From sequence record NC_010811.2: a stretch of DNA of 64,000 nucleotides; one strand, written 5' to 3'. Position numbers and translations under genes: made by a program. Shown here piece by piece: positions 1 to 9,779 of this stretch; the first letter of the stretch is position 1, and each line of letters opens with the position of its first letter. The notes beneath the pieces were generated by a model that saw nothing but the letters and a program-made list of their open reading frames with translations, was not told where the DNA came from and ran no database searches.

Positions 1-495
1 GATGCGATTCCACTTGATGGTCTTAACCGCCTTCTTGTCCATACCGAAGACGAAGCCCAGATGGAAATTCTCCTTGATACCGCCTTTGGGTGCGAACGCC
101 TTGGTGCCGAAACCAACGCAGCGATAGTCACAGCACAGCTTGGGCAGCGTCTTGGTCCAGAAGCGGTAGGTGGCGTCGCGTGCGGTGCTGGCCACGACAT
201 GCTTCTGCTGTTCTGGGTCGAACGCATACAGATACAGGTCGTCGTCCATCATGAAGGTGAAGCGATGCGGCGACTGCAGCATGATCCACTCGCGCTTGGC
301 GCCCAACGTCTTGATGTTGTTGGGCTGTGCCAGCACGTTGACTCGCGGATAGTTCTTGCGCAGGGCTTTCACCTCGTCCGCGGGACACACTAGGGTCACG
401 TGCTGATGCATGCCCTTTGGCAACCGCTCCACCGTCAACTGATTGTCGACCCGGCCGCGTGTTGGTATGTACAGATGATAGTCGATCTTAGACAT
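1..495 (-). CDS. TAGT-like (TET-associated) GT-A glycosyltransferase, runs off window edge
   Basis: Manual translation from ATG 495: MSKIDYHLYIPTRGRVDNQLTVERLP...GAKREWIM...FMMDDDLY. Has an IPTxGR start and a DDD motif, is paralogous to 2647-3546 and overlaps the stop of the upstream gene. Absent from the ORF track because it lacks a stop in the window. Confidence 0.75.
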   Translation of the reverse strand, partial: MSKIDYHLYIPTRGRVDNQLTVERLPKGMHQHVTLVCPADEVKALRKNYPRVNVLAQPNNIKTLGAKREWIMLQSPHRFTFMMDDDLYLYAFDPEQQKHVVASTARDATYRFWTKTLPKLCCDYRCVGFGTKAFAPKGGIKENFHLGFVFGMDKKAVKTIKWNRI

Positions 496-1210
496 GATCG
501 GTCTTCAGATAGGCTTCCAGTTCTTCGGGAGTGCCAAGGCAATGGAACGAGTCACGCGGCACCGGCACATTCAGCACAAGATTGTTGGTCACAATCAAGT
601 GGTTGAGCAAGTCGCTCATGTAGATTTCTTTGGCGATCGACTTGCGAAGCAGATGGCTTGCGGCCTCTGCCGCCGCGTATCCAGAAGAGAACCAGTAGAC
701 GCCGCATCCGCTGTACGTGGGAGTCGGTGCCGTGATGGTCCGTTCGTGGATATGCGTGACGAAGTAGCCATCGGTGTGCACTGCGCTGAAGTGGCGTGCA
801 GGCTCTTCGTTCAGGAACGTGAGCATTGCGGCGGTGGCCTTGGATTCAGCCGCAGGACGCAGGTACGCCAGAAGATCGATCTTGGCAAACGAATCACAGT
901 CCAAGAACAGGACGGGCGCTGCCAGATCAATAGTCGGCATCTTCACCAGAGCGTGCAACGCCGAATGCGCAGGGCCGCGCAGCGTTTGGCACGTGCTGAG
1001 GAAGCGCAGGCCGGAAGTTCCACGCGGCAGATGACGAACAGCTTCACCGCTGAAGATGAAGTTCACGTCCTCGGTCTTCAGTCCGTATTCGGCCAGCACA
1101 TGCTCGTACATTGGGACGCCGTGTACCGGGATCATTGGCTTGGCTTGACGGTAGCCAGCAGCCGTGAAGCGGGAACCAAGTCCCGCAGCCAACATGATGA
1201 TTTGGGTCAT
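488..1210 (-). CDS. Sugar nucleotidyltransferase (NTP_transferase family)
   Basis: MTQIIMLAAGLGSRF...KPMIPVHG...FLDCD. The start was moved to ATG 1210, directly after the stop of the upstream gene. Confidence 0.85.
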   Translation of the reverse strand: MTQIIMLAAGLGSRFTAAGYRQAKPMIPVHGVPMYEHVLAEYGLKTEDVNFIFSGEAVRHLPRGTSGLRFLSTCQTLRGPAHSALHALVKMPTIDLAAPVLFLDCDSFAKIDLLAYLRPAAESKATAAMLTFLNEEPARHFSAVHTDGYFVTHIHERTITAPTPTYSGCGVYWFSSGYAAAEAASHLLRKSIAKEIYMSDLLNHLIVTNNLVLNVPVPRDSFHCLGTPEELEAYLKTDHV

Positions 1211-1212
1211 TT

Positions 1213-2646
1213 CTATTGGATCTGGTTCAGAACTTTGCGGGCCAGTTCGACGAATCGCAACTGGCGCTGTTTGTCGTCGCTGTGGAGCGGAAGCATGCTG
1301 ATGAACAACAGTCCCGTCACCGCCCACAACTCGTTGGACGAAATGCCGAAGCGCTGAGCGCCGTAACGCAAGATGGGGTCTGCCAAACCCTCCCATTCAG
1401 TGGGCAGTGGCTGCTTTGCGACTGCGTGGTCGTAGCCGATCACGGAGTGCAGAAGCTTTGCCAGCTCATAGCGAACGTCGCCATACAGCGAGGGGCGGTC
1501 CTTAGCGTCCAGCCCCCGTGGATCGAACACCAAGACACGATCCGTACGCTGGTCCAACATGATGTTGGAGAAGCACAGGTCACCATGCATGATGGTTCGA
1601 TGGTGTACCTTTGGATTCACGTTCATCGCGAACAACTGAGCCATGCCATGAAGGTCGGCCAACGGCAGATGTACGTTGCCCTCCTCTAACAGATCCAGGC
1701 GGCCCCACGTCTTCGTGACCGCAAGCTGATAGAAGTCGTTGACATGCGCCCCCTGACACGCTTGATGCGCGTCTTCCACCCAGCACAGCGTCTGATGAAG
1801 AACGTGGGTCCACGCACGGTCGTCCAACTTGCCATACACATAGAGCTCAGCCAGCGTTGGCAGCGGCAGATACTCCATGGTGTACTCGCCGTCGTCATAG
1901 TGGACGATGCGCGGCACGTAGGTGGACAGCTTGCGTGGCAAACCCAGGAACCACTCGCGCTCTGCGTTCACCTTCTTCGTGTTGGCGCTGCGCTTGGTCA
2001 GCAGGTGGCCATCGTTGGTCAACCCGTTGAAGTGACGAGTGGTGCGGGACAGGAACTCGCGCTTGGAACTGAAGTACGTAGACAGATGCCCAAAGTCCAG
2101 CCAGTGCTCGTCGATCGAAACGTTGGGAAGGCATCCCGCCATGTGACGCACAGCCGATTTCACCGTCTCGTAACTGTCGAGCGTGAACGTCAGCTCACTC
2201 AGGCGACACGCAAAGTACCCGGCGAACACGCTGTCCTTGTCCAGGAACTGCCAGTGGGCAGACGTACCCAAGGGATGAGAAACTACGCCCACCGACGGTT
2301 CTTTCAACCACTTGGTGACCAGCGTATCGCCCCACAGAACATGCACACAGACGTCCGGCGCGTTCTCTTGAGCACCGATCAGGCGCAGCGCGCGACGCAA
2401 CTGATAGGGCAGCGACTGATCTTCCGCCGACGGGAAGAAGTAGACGTTGCCTCCCACGTATGGAACAGACGACATCTCGGGCCACGTCACGTAGATGTGG
2501 TGGAAGTTGTCGCCTGCTGCGTCCAACTGCAGGTCGAGCAGCGTGCGCCCGCCCACCGGCACACGGGCTGCAGGAATGGCCCCGAACAGGAACTGAAGCT
2601 CCTGATTGCATGGAGCCGATGACATGATGAGCAGGACGTTGCGCAT
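1213..2646 (-). CDS. Nucleotidyltransferase-like N-terminus fused to an APH/choline-kinase-like phosphotransferase
   Basis: N-terminal LWGDTL and WLDFGH motifs; C-terminal HGDLCFSNIM and FDPRG kinase motifs. Confidence 0.75.
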   Translation of the reverse strand: MRNVLLIMSSAPCNQELQFLFGAIPAARVPVGGRTLLDLQLDAAGDNFHHIYVTWPEMSSVPYVGGNVYFFPSAEDQSLPYQLRRALRLIGAQENAPDVCVHVLWGDTLVTKWLKEPSVGVVSHPLGTSAHWQFLDKDSVFAGYFACRLSELTFTLDSYETVKSAVRHMAGCLPNVSIDEHWLDFGHLSTYFSSKREFLSRTTRHFNGLTNDGHLLTKRSANTKKVNAEREWFLGLPRKLSTYVPRIVHYDDGEYTMEYLPLPTLAELYVYGKLDDRAWTHVLHQTLCWVEDAHQACQGAHVNDFYQLAVTKTWGRLDLLEEGNVHLPLADLHGMAQLFAMNVNPKVHHRTIMHGDLCFSNIMLDQRTDRVLVFDPRGLDAKDRPSLYGDVRYELAKLLHSVIGYDHAVAKQPLPTEWEGLADPILRYGAQRFGISSNELWAVTGLLFISMLPLHSDDKQRQLRFVELARKVLNQIQ

Positions 2647-3546
2647 TTACTTTGCCTTCTTCTGTTTCTGACTACTGGCGAATGCCTTCTCCCAGTAGAC
2701 GATCACTTCCTTGCGGTTGATGGACCCCTTGTACTCCTTGTCCACCACCTTGACGAACGGGTCGTGGATGGACGCCAGCTTGACCGCGGCACGGTCTGAT
2801 CCCTTTACCGTACGCTCTTCGCTACAGCCGCCGTCCGAGCCGTAGTCGAGTGGATTCACAACGAAGTTGGTGAGGATCAGATTGGGGTAGCCCAGTCGCA
2901 GCAGGTGCAGCGTCACGTTGAAGTCCTCGCGGAATTTCACTTCGTCGAATCGGATGCCGTGCTTGAGCAGTGTGCGCCGATTGTGGCCGATTGCGTGCAT
3001 GGCGCGTCCCACCATCTTGAAGTCGCCGCGCACATAGTTGTTCATCAGGCGGCTGGCGATGCACGTGTGGACTACGCCCTTGTTCACCATCTGATCCTTG
3101 ATGAAGTCCCAGCGACGCATCTTCTGCACGTCAGGGAACGGCTCCTTGAACAGGAAGGTGATGCCCTTGGCCTTTGCCGCGTCCGTCTGCACCCACTTGC
3201 CGCTCTTGGCACCCTGCCATTCGCGGTGCTCTTTGTTGCAGCGGCGGAAGAAGTACATGTCGTCGTCCAACTGGAAGACGTTGTCGGCGCGAACGTTCTC
3301 GATGATCCACTGGCGCTTCTTTGCGATACAGTCGACCGTGGGATCGTCCACCGCCCACACCAGCTCGTGCTTGTGCTTCTTGCGCAGGGCCTTCGCTTCA
3401 TCCCAATCGCTGGCCAGCAACAGCGTTCGCTCGCGCAGTTCGGCAGGCAGCTCACGCAGCGTAACCTGACGATCGACGCGCCGATGCGTTGGGATAACCA
3501 CTTGGAAGTCTTTGTCCGCCACCGGCGGGCGTCGATGTTGTGCCAT
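2647..3546 (-). CDS. TAGT-like GT-A glycosyltransferase
   Basis: VVIPTHRR...KKRQWII...FQLDDDMYF...REDFNVTLHLLRLGYPN...GGCSEERT; start at ATG 3546. Confidence 0.8.
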   Translation of the reverse strand: MAQHRRPPVADKDFQVVIPTHRRVDRQVTLRELPAELRERTLLLASDWDEAKALRKKHKHELVWAVDDPTVDCIAKKRQWIIENVRADNVFQLDDDMYFFRRCNKEHREWQGAKSGKWVQTDAAKAKGITFLFKEPFPDVQKMRRWDFIKDQMVNKGVVHTCIASRLMNNYVRGDFKMVGRAMHAIGHNRRTLLKHGIRFDEVKFREDFNVTLHLLRLGYPNLILTNFVVNPLDYGSDGGCSEERTVKGSDRAAVKLASIHDPFVKVVDKEYKGSINRKEVIVYWEKAFASSQKQKKAK

Positions 3547-3547
3547 G

Positions 3548-4243
3548 TCAGTAGGTGAGTGTGAAGATGGAACGACCGTCGGCATCGGTAGTGAACGCCG
3601 AGTAGCCACGGACCAAAACGTTAAACTTGGTCACGTTATGCTCGATGGTGGTGCCCGGCGTCATGTGCCCGCGCAGATCGAAGTGATCGACCAGCACTTC
3701 GTTCATGGTGCCAGCTTCGATGATACGCCACATATTGGTCAGGCCATCGCTGTGCGTGTTGTAGCGGATGTAGTACGACTGATGGCCAGCCGTCACCTGA
3801 TTGACGATGTCCTGCGCCACACGCTCGAAGTCTTCGGGCGTTTGCAGATATTCGTCCACCGAGTACTGGAAGGCACCAACACCCGGCTTCTGGTAGAGCT
3901 TGTTGGTGTCCGCGAATCGGCCTTCCTGGATGGTGTTCATCCACACACTGAACACGTCGCTCACTTCCTTGAACTGGGTGAAGAATGCGCCGCGTGTTGT
4001 GCGCGTCGGACACACGAAGTCCACGATCACCCACGAGCCCTGCTCCATGACACAGCGTGCCAGTCGGCCCAGCGTCTTGGCCTGGATCACACGATCCTTC
4101 TCTTCGAACGACAAATGCGTCGTGATGTTGGCGCGCGCCCAGTCCGCGTTGAAGTGAATGGCGCTCAGACGCTTCTGAATGGCGAGGGCCAGCGTGGTCT
4201 TGCCACTGCCGGGCAAGCCTTGAATCATGATGGTCTTGGACAT
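3548..4243 (-). CDS. Adenylylsulfate-kinase-like P-loop kinase with C-terminal extension
   Basis: GLPGSGKTT Walker A, NADWAR, and VIVDFVCPT motifs of the CysC-like family. Confidence 0.75.
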   Translation of the reverse strand: MSKTIMIQGLPGSGKTTLALAIQKRLSAIHFNADWARANITTHLSFEEKDRVIQAKTLGRLARCVMEQGSWVIVDFVCPTRTTRGAFFTQFKEVSDVFSVWMNTIQEGRFADTNKLYQKPGVGAFQYSVDEYLQTPEDFERVAQDIVNQVTAGHQSYYIRYNTHSDGLTNMWRIIEAGTMNEVLVDHFDLRGHMTPGTTIEHNVTKFNVLVRGYSAFTTDADGRSIFTLTY

Positions 4244-4274
4244 GTCTGTTCCTTGTGCTTTATGATAGTCAGAC

Positions 4275-4281
4275 TATTTAC
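4275..4281 (-). promoter_or_regulatory. GTAAATA phage promoter motif
   Basis: CCGCAGTAAATA about 30 nt upstream of the kinase gene that heads the modification cluster. Confidence 0.6.
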
Positions 4282-4400
4282 TGCGGAGTTATGAAGGCGA
4301 GGACAGCGAGTGCGATAAAAATGAAGACGCACGTCCAGCGTGGAAACACACGCGCCGCGAAGATGGAAGCACTCAGGCTGTAGTAGTCGTGACGATTCAT
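4278..4400 (-). CDS. 40-aa putative membrane peptide
   Basis: MNRHDYYSLSASIFAARVFPRWTCVFIFIALAVLAFITPQ; ATGA overlap with the upstream gene. Confidence 0.55.
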   Translation of the reverse strand: MNRHDYYSLSASIFAARVFPRWTCVFIFIALAVLAFITPQ

Positions 4401-5128
4401 GATTTGATTTGGATTTCGAGATGGTCGAAGGTCAGGGTGTCCGGCAGATACAGGAGGCGTTGAATGTTGAGCGCATGGGCAGCCACACCACCCTCCAATT
4501 GAACGCCCAGGCGACCGCGGACTGGACGATCAAAGGTCAACGTAACAGGAGCAGCATACGTGGGTGCGGTGATCTCAAATTGATGGCCGTACGGCACTGT
4601 CTCACCCTCGTGCTTCAACGGCTTGCTGCGCGGTATCCACAAAAGGCGCTCGTTTACCATCGTGTACAGTGCTGCGCTGAAGTGGGCGGCCACCGCGTCG
4701 GATTGACGCTCTGGTTTCACGGTCTGCGACACCTGCTCAGCAATCTGGTCCAAGATCTTCAGCATCAACATCAGAGTCACGGCGTCAATCAGACGCACAC
4801 TTTGGCCGTTGTACAACGTCACCTGATCGTCGAAGATGACGACACCGATACCAGCGAGCATCCCCACATAGTTGTAGCCATCTTGGAACAGCTGATCACG
4901 AACCGACTCCGATTCAGCAGGGCGCCACTTCAGCTGCGACATGAACTGAGGGAACTTCATGCCTGCCACTCGATTGCCACTCATGATGTTGTGCAGCGCG
5001 CTGTACCATTCACTGTGGAATGGGACTTCCTCAGAGTTGAAGTAGTACACGAGCCCCGGCAGCAGGTCAGTGCGCGGGCTACGCTTGTTGGTGAGGACGA
5101 ATGCGTTGGGTATCACTTGCTCTAGCAT
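4397..5128 (-). CDS. Hypothetical protein
   Basis: Long ORF in the operon; start set at ATG 5128 after the upstream stop. Confidence 0.7.
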   Translation of the reverse strand: MLEQVIPNAFVLTNKRSPRTDLLPGLVYYFNSEEVPFHSEWYSALHNIMSGNRVAGMKFPQFMSQLKWRPAESESVRDQLFQDGYNYVGMLAGIGVVIFDDQVTLYNGQSVRLIDAVTLMLMLKILDQIAEQVSQTVKPERQSDAVAAHFSAALYTMVNERLLWIPRSKPLKHEGETVPYGHQFEITAPTYAAPVTLTFDRPVRGRLGVQLEGGVAAHALNIQRLLYLPDTLTFDHLEIQIKS

Positions 5129-5130
5129 GT

Positions 5131-5535
5131 CTATCTCTTCCTTCCGCTCATTTTGTGCCGTGCGCGCTGTTGCTGCTCGAAGCGCTTCCGGTCCTGCTGC
5201 TGTTGCCACTTGGTGTGGCGTCGTTCGTCCTCGTCCGACATGTCAGAAGCAGGGGGCTGACAGGGTTCAGCGTGGTCGATGAATCCAAAGCCACCGCCTG
5301 CAGTCAGCGTTGGGTCAATACGGAATATGTTGGAATGCTCCTCAGACACTGGAGTGCTGGTGGTCAACACCACTTCCCCAGTACGCGCAAAGATGCGACG
5401 GGCCTCGTCATCACTGATGTCAGGAATCATAACCAACTCCGTCTGATTGTCTTGCAGCGCTTCCTTGATCTGCTCGGTGATGTGCGCTGACAGGTCACCA
5501 AGCACTAGCACACGGCGGGGACGGTCTTCGCTCAT
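5131..5535 (-). CDS. Hypothetical protein
   Basis: ORF tightly packed in the operon. Confidence 0.7.
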   Translation of the reverse strand: MSEDRPRRVLVLGDLSAHITEQIKEALQDNQTELVMIPDISDDEARRIFARTGEVVLTTSTPVSEEHSNIFRIDPTLTAGGGFGFIDHAEPCQPPASDMSDEDERRHTKWQQQQDRKRFEQQQRARHKMSGRKR

Positions 5536-5537
5536 AA

Positions 5538-5954
5538 TCAGCCTCTTCCGGAGATGCTCAACAGTGCACCATTGCCGTTCAGTAGGTCTTGAACTTCGGC
5601 GATTTGTGCTTGAGTAAAGGTGTCCGGGACATAGGCCGTAACTTCAATCTCGGTGTTGCCCCACTGGATCACGTTGTTCTTGTCCACGCCCACTGTCACT
5701 CGACCGGGTCTCCAGTCAGTCTTTAGCGCGCCCTCGGTCACTCGAATGTACGTAGGCTTGAGGGTAGACACTACGGCCAGCGCCGTTTCATCCCACTTGC
5801 GACCGAGCAGCGACTTGGGGAAGGGAACGCACATGCGGACTTCCTTTAACGGAGCAGTCTTGTACGCATGTGACAGGGCGATGATGTCGCTGGTCAACGG
5901 ATCTTCCGCTATCGGCTCAAACCACACGCCTGAAGTGCTTCGATAGTCACGCAT
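5538..5954 (-). CDS. Putative serine-protease-inhibitor-like protein (I78/potato inhibitor I fold)
   Basis: IRVTEGALKTDWRPGRVTVGVDKNNVI resembles the T-x-D-x-R-P-x-R-V reactive-loop pattern. Confidence 0.5.
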   Translation of the reverse strand: MRDYRSTSGVWFEPIAEDPLTSDIIALSHAYKTAPLKEVRMCVPFPKSLLGRKWDETALAVVSTLKPTYIRVTEGALKTDWRPGRVTVGVDKNNVIQWGNTEIEVTAYVPDTFTQAQIAEVQDLLNGNGALLSISGRG

Positions 5955-5955
5955 G

Positions 5956-6348
5956 TTATGCTCCTGAATGCTCCGTGTAGTAGTCGATGGTTGTCAGCCA
6001 CACGTTATCACCCTTGTTTTCAGTCGGAAGCAGATTGTAAAGGGTGTAAGAACGACCTTCAAAGTCAAGCGTCACCTCCGGCCAACGCATTCGACGGCGA
6101 TCGTGCAAGTACCAATCGAACTCTACGGCGAGCTCCGTTTCGTAGTCGATAAGCACCTGAGGGATTTGGACGCGACCAGCGAACGCCATGCCGTACACCT
6201 CAGGTCTCTCTTCTTCACGGACACGGAACAAAGGACCAATGCCGAGCAGGCCAAGCGGATTGAAGCGAACGGCTACCGACTTCTCTGCCGGGCGATGCCC
6301 AACCCTCTCTAGGGGCTGCTTGACGCTAGGTGCACTAAGGAGTTTCAT
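5956..6348 (-). CDS. Hypothetical protein
   Basis: ORF packing; ATGA-type overlap. Confidence 0.65.
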   Translation of the reverse strand: MKLLSAPSVKQPLERVGHRPAEKSVAVRFNPLGLLGIGPLFRVREEERPEVYGMAFAGRVQIPQVLIDYETELAVEFDWYLHDRRRMRWPEVTLDFEGRSYTLYNLLPTENKGDNVWLTTIDYYTEHSGA

Positions 6349-6713
6349 CGCTTGTTCCTCGCAGGCTTAACTCGCTTCTTGCGACGGTGAACGGCCTTGG
6401 TCACACCGCGCTTGGATGGCGGCACAGGCTGTGCATACCAAGGAAGGGGCGGAGGCGGAGGGCGGTACAGATCATTTATGTGGACGACCCCTTCCATGCG
6501 CCCAATCTCCCCTGACATCAATGGAGCTTCTGGGTCCAGGGCCGCGTCTTCTGGATCTGGAGGCAGTGGTTCTGCGTCCGTCAGTTCAACCACGGGGTCC
6601 GGCGAAAGCAGACCGCTAAACGTTGTGACCTGCGGGTCAGCTGCTCCTTGCTCAAAGAGCCCCGCGTCGTCAATTGCACTCCATGACCTAAGACCACCAC
6701 GTATCGGCTTCAT
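6345..6713 (-). CDS. Hypothetical Pro-rich protein with basic tail
   Basis: ATG 6713 overlaps the upstream TGA. Confidence 0.6.
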   Translation of the reverse strand: MKPIRGGLRSWSAIDDAGLFEQGAADPQVTTFSGLLSPDPVVELTDAEPLPPDPEDAALDPEAPLMSGEIGRMEGVVHINDLYRPPPPPLPWYAQPVPPSKRGVTKAVHRRKKRVKPARNKR

Positions 6714-7042
6714 CGCTTGGTCTCCGATACGCGGCACGTGAGCAGCAACGTGTCAGGAACGACCACTGAATGCAGATGAACTTTGATCAGACACAGCGGC
6801 TTGAATCCTTCTTCTACACGATCGCCGATGCGTAGCGCCATAAAATGAAGCTGCGTCATGAACTCGTGGCGATTGTCCACCGTGTAGTACAGCATGGTCG
6901 GTGCCGTGCTGTCTGCCTGCTCGGCACCTACGAAGGCGAAGTTGGAACCTGCCACGCGCATGAAGGGTGCACGATTCAGGCGGTCGACGAGCAGCGGAAA
7001 GGATTGGAACGACGTATAGTTCACGTTCATGTACTGGATCAT
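6710..7042 (-). CDS. Hypothetical protein
   Basis: ATG 7042 overlaps the upstream TGA. Confidence 0.6.
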   Translation of the reverse strand: MIQYMNVNYTSFQSFPLLVDRLNRAPFMRVAGSNFAFVGAEQADSTAPTMLYYTVDNRHEFMTQLHFMALRIGDRVEEGFKPLCLIKVHLHSVVVPDTLLLTCRVSETKR

Positions 7043-7428
7043 CTTTGGTCCTCCGTCCAGATACGTCCGCAATGCGGGCAGCAGCACTGCACCCAGTAAC
7101 GGTCCAGCGACCGATCATAATTGCCTGTGTCCGCCATGTACGTGCGCTGATGATTGGTGTGCGGACAGTTGTTGCGCAGCACTTCGAGTTGACGATTGGC
7201 GTCGCTGATCACGTTCTGCAAGTAACGATGCCGCGCCGCCACGTAGTCCAGCGACAGTGCTGGGTCCGGTTTCTTGATCGTGTGCCGTTCCCACTTCACG
7301 CCGTCGGGCAGCGACACTCGACGGTGCAAGCGCGGGCAGATGTCGCCAGCCTTCTGCTCCGCCATCATACAACGCATCGCCAATTCCGACATGGCCGGCG
7401 ACAAGCAGTCGTCAGTACTAGAAGTCAT
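7039..7428 (-). CDS. Hypothetical Zn-finger protein (start uncertain, could be 7554)
   Basis: CPH...CCCPHCG motifs at the C-terminus. Confidence 0.55.
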   Translation of the reverse strand: MTSSTDDCLSPAMSELAMRCMMAEQKAGDICPRLHRRVSLPDGVKWERHTIKKPDPALSLDYVAARHRYLQNVISDANRQLEVLRNNCPHTNHQRTYMADTGNYDRSLDRYWVQCCCPHCGRIWTEDQR

Positions 7429-7589
7429 GATTAAGAACTCCAACGTTAAGGCCGCCAAGTGGCGCACCCAGTGGAATGACGTAGACTGCGACCAGCCCTT
7501 CGCCGTCAGGTATGCCAGCGACTGGCGGCGTACCGTATTGGACCCAGGACCCATGCTGGTCGCCGCACAGCCATGCGAGCGCCGTTCGA

Positions 7590-8618
7590 TCAGCCTGGAG
7601 CGTGTTGTTTGCGTGCATAGGACAAGCTCCGTTCGAGCAACGCTTCCACTGCCTTGGGCAGCTTCTTGCCGGTGAGCTTGAAGGCCATAGATTCGGCGAT
7701 CAGCTCCTTGTAGTTCTTGCAGGCGTACTCGCTGACCAGTGGCTCCAGATCCTTCTTCTGAACGCCACGCGCAGGCCACACGCCCTTCAGCTCGTCACGG
7801 TACCCAGCCTCGAACAGCAGGTCCAGTTCCTTGACCGAGACGTTGTGCTGTTGGCCGATATACTTGAGGATCAAGCGATACAGCTCGGTGTCCTCTTCCG
7901 ACAGGTTGGCGGTGTACGCCGACGGAGGATCTTCCTGCGCCAGCAGGCCGTCCAGCAGCCGTTGACTGTCTTCCTTCTTCACCGACTTCACGCTGATCGT
8001 GGTGTTGAACAGCTTCACCCATTCGGCGTTCAGCTTGCGACTGGTGAGGAATTCGTAATGCAGGTGATGGCCAGCCAGCTCGTGGAAGATCACGTAGAGC
8101 CAGTCGGTCTGCGGCATGGTCTCCGGCTTGATCTGCAGTCGGTGTGGGCTGCGGTCCGGCGTCTTGCTGCGTTTGTACATCCCGCTATACTTCTCGCCGT
8201 TGGCGGGCAACACTTCCCACACGCAGATATCTGGCTGGATGATGAAGTCCAAGCGATTGGCCTTCAGCACTTTGTAGGCGCGGTCGAATGCACTGACCAT
8301 GGCCTTGCCGTTTTCCGGCGTGATGTCGTAGAAGAAGTGGATGGCGCCAAACTGGTCGTGCCACTTCTTGCCGCGATACAGCGAATGCAGGTCCCACCCA
8401 TGCACCTTACCAGGATGTGGATTGGGGCCAGCGTTGAGAATCACCTTCTTGACCGGGCATTCGAAGACCGAACGCTTCTGCTTCAGGTGTGGGTCCTTCT
8501 CGATGATGCCGGAAACGATGCCGTTACTGATGGACGACACCTTGAACAGCACAGGTTTCTTGGCTTTGGAGTCGGCTTCTTGTCCGAAGACATAGTCGCC
8601 CTTCTGGATTTGGATCAT
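7590..8618 (-). CDS. Zincin-like metallopeptidase
   Basis: FHELAGHH zinc motif and a downstream SEYACKNYKELIAE motif. Confidence 0.6.
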   Translation of the reverse strand: MIQIQKGDYVFGQEADSKAKKPVLFKVSSISNGIVSGIIEKDPHLKQKRSVFECPVKKVILNAGPNPHPGKVHGWDLHSLYRGKKWHDQFGAIHFFYDITPENGKAMVSAFDRAYKVLKANRLDFIIQPDICVWEVLPANGEKYSGMYKRSKTPDRSPHRLQIKPETMPQTDWLYVIFHELAGHHLHYEFLTSRKLNAEWVKLFNTTISVKSVKKEDSQRLLDGLLAQEDPPSAYTANLSEEDTELYRLILKYIGQQHNVSVKELDLLFEAGYRDELKGVWPARGVQKKDLEPLVSEYACKNYKELIAESMAFKLTGKKLPKAVEALLERSLSYARKQHAPG

Positions 8619-8681
8619 AAGCGGAAGACGTTGGTTGAATGCAAAAAGAGCCGACCATGTGGTCGGCTCCTTGAACTGCTA

Positions 8682-9779
8682 TCAGGACTGCGCCACGGGC
8701 GGCGGCACTTCGGTCTGCGGCTGGTCAACCTGCAGGTTGGTGTCTGCGGACGTTTGCGCGGTATCCAGCGTCAGCTCAATCACGTCGACCTTCACTTCCT
8801 GCGGCTGCGGCGTAACCAGATCGTCAGTCACCACTTCAGTGGCCTTGGCATCGTCGATCACCTGTTCCAGCTCCAGCGGAGTGAGCAGGGACGCGGTGGT
8901 TGCGCCGTCGCTTTCACCGCCGTGATGCGTGTGCTCTTCGATCTCGTCGGCGTCGGCACCCAGATCATTGGTGCCGACCAGCACGCTCGCGTACACGGCG
9001 CCATGCACAACTTCCGGGTACACGCCCATGAACTCGGTCCAGATCACGGTGTCGCTGTAGTACGGAGTGCTGATGGTGAACGCGTCCACCGTCGAAGAGT
9101 CTTCGCTCGGAATGAACGCCGACTGCAGCGCGTTGAGCGAAATGCCGTTGCCCAGCGAGAACAGCAAGCGATGCTGGGTCAGCGTCAGGTTCTTGTTCGG
9201 CTCCTGGCTGTACATCACGAGCGCGTTCTTCAGCTGCTCTGCAGTAAGGCGCGTGTTTTCGCCGGCCGACATGATGAAGTCGATGCCCAGTTCGCCGGGC
9301 TTGTTCTCGTCCGATGCGTCAGCTTCCAGCAGTTGCTCTTCCAACTGCTCGGCCAGCGTCTTGGTGCGACGGCCGATGATCTCGTTGGATTCGACCAGCG
9401 CACGCTTGGTCGTGGCGTTGGGTTCGGCTTCCGGCTTGGTCAGCGCCAGCGGTGCGCTGTCGTCGCTGGACGTGGCCACCACTTCTTCGTCTTCGTCATC
9501 TTCATCGTCGTCCGAGAACTGGAGCAGATTGTCCAGGCGCTGTTCGAGCTCGGGGTCGATGTTGTGGAAGGCGTAGCGGCTGAAGAAGTCGACGAGGCCC
9601 GAGTTGTAAACGGCGCCCGTGTCGTCAGCGTAGATGACCTGCGGCGGATGTTGCTTCTGCACACGTTCCGGCAGAGCAGTGTTGGTGATGTGCAGCACTT
9701 TCGACAGACGGCCGTTGGCGTTCTTCTTCCAAACGCTGCCCGGAGTCAGCAGGTCAAGTTGGTCTTGGAATTGTTCCAT
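8682..9779 (-). CDS. Acidic hypothetical protein
   Basis: 365-aa ORF with D/E tracts, preceded by a GTAAATA motif. Confidence 0.75.
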   Translation of the reverse strand: MEQFQDQLDLLTPGSVWKKNANGRLSKVLHITNTALPERVQKQHPPQVIYADDTGAVYNSGLVDFFSRYAFHNIDPELEQRLDNLLQFSDDDEDDEDEEVVATSSDDSAPLALTKPEAEPNATTKRALVESNEIIGRRTKTLAEQLEEQLLEADASDENKPGELGIDFIMSAGENTRLTAEQLKNALVMYSQEPNKNLTLTQHRLLFSLGNGISLNALQSAFIPSEDSSTVDAFTISTPYYSDTVIWTEFMGVYPEVVHGAVYASVLVGTNDLGADADEIEEHTHHGGESDGATTASLLTPLELEQVIDDAKATEVVTDDLVTPQPQEVKVDVIELTLDTAQTSADTNLQVDQPQTEVPPPVAQS

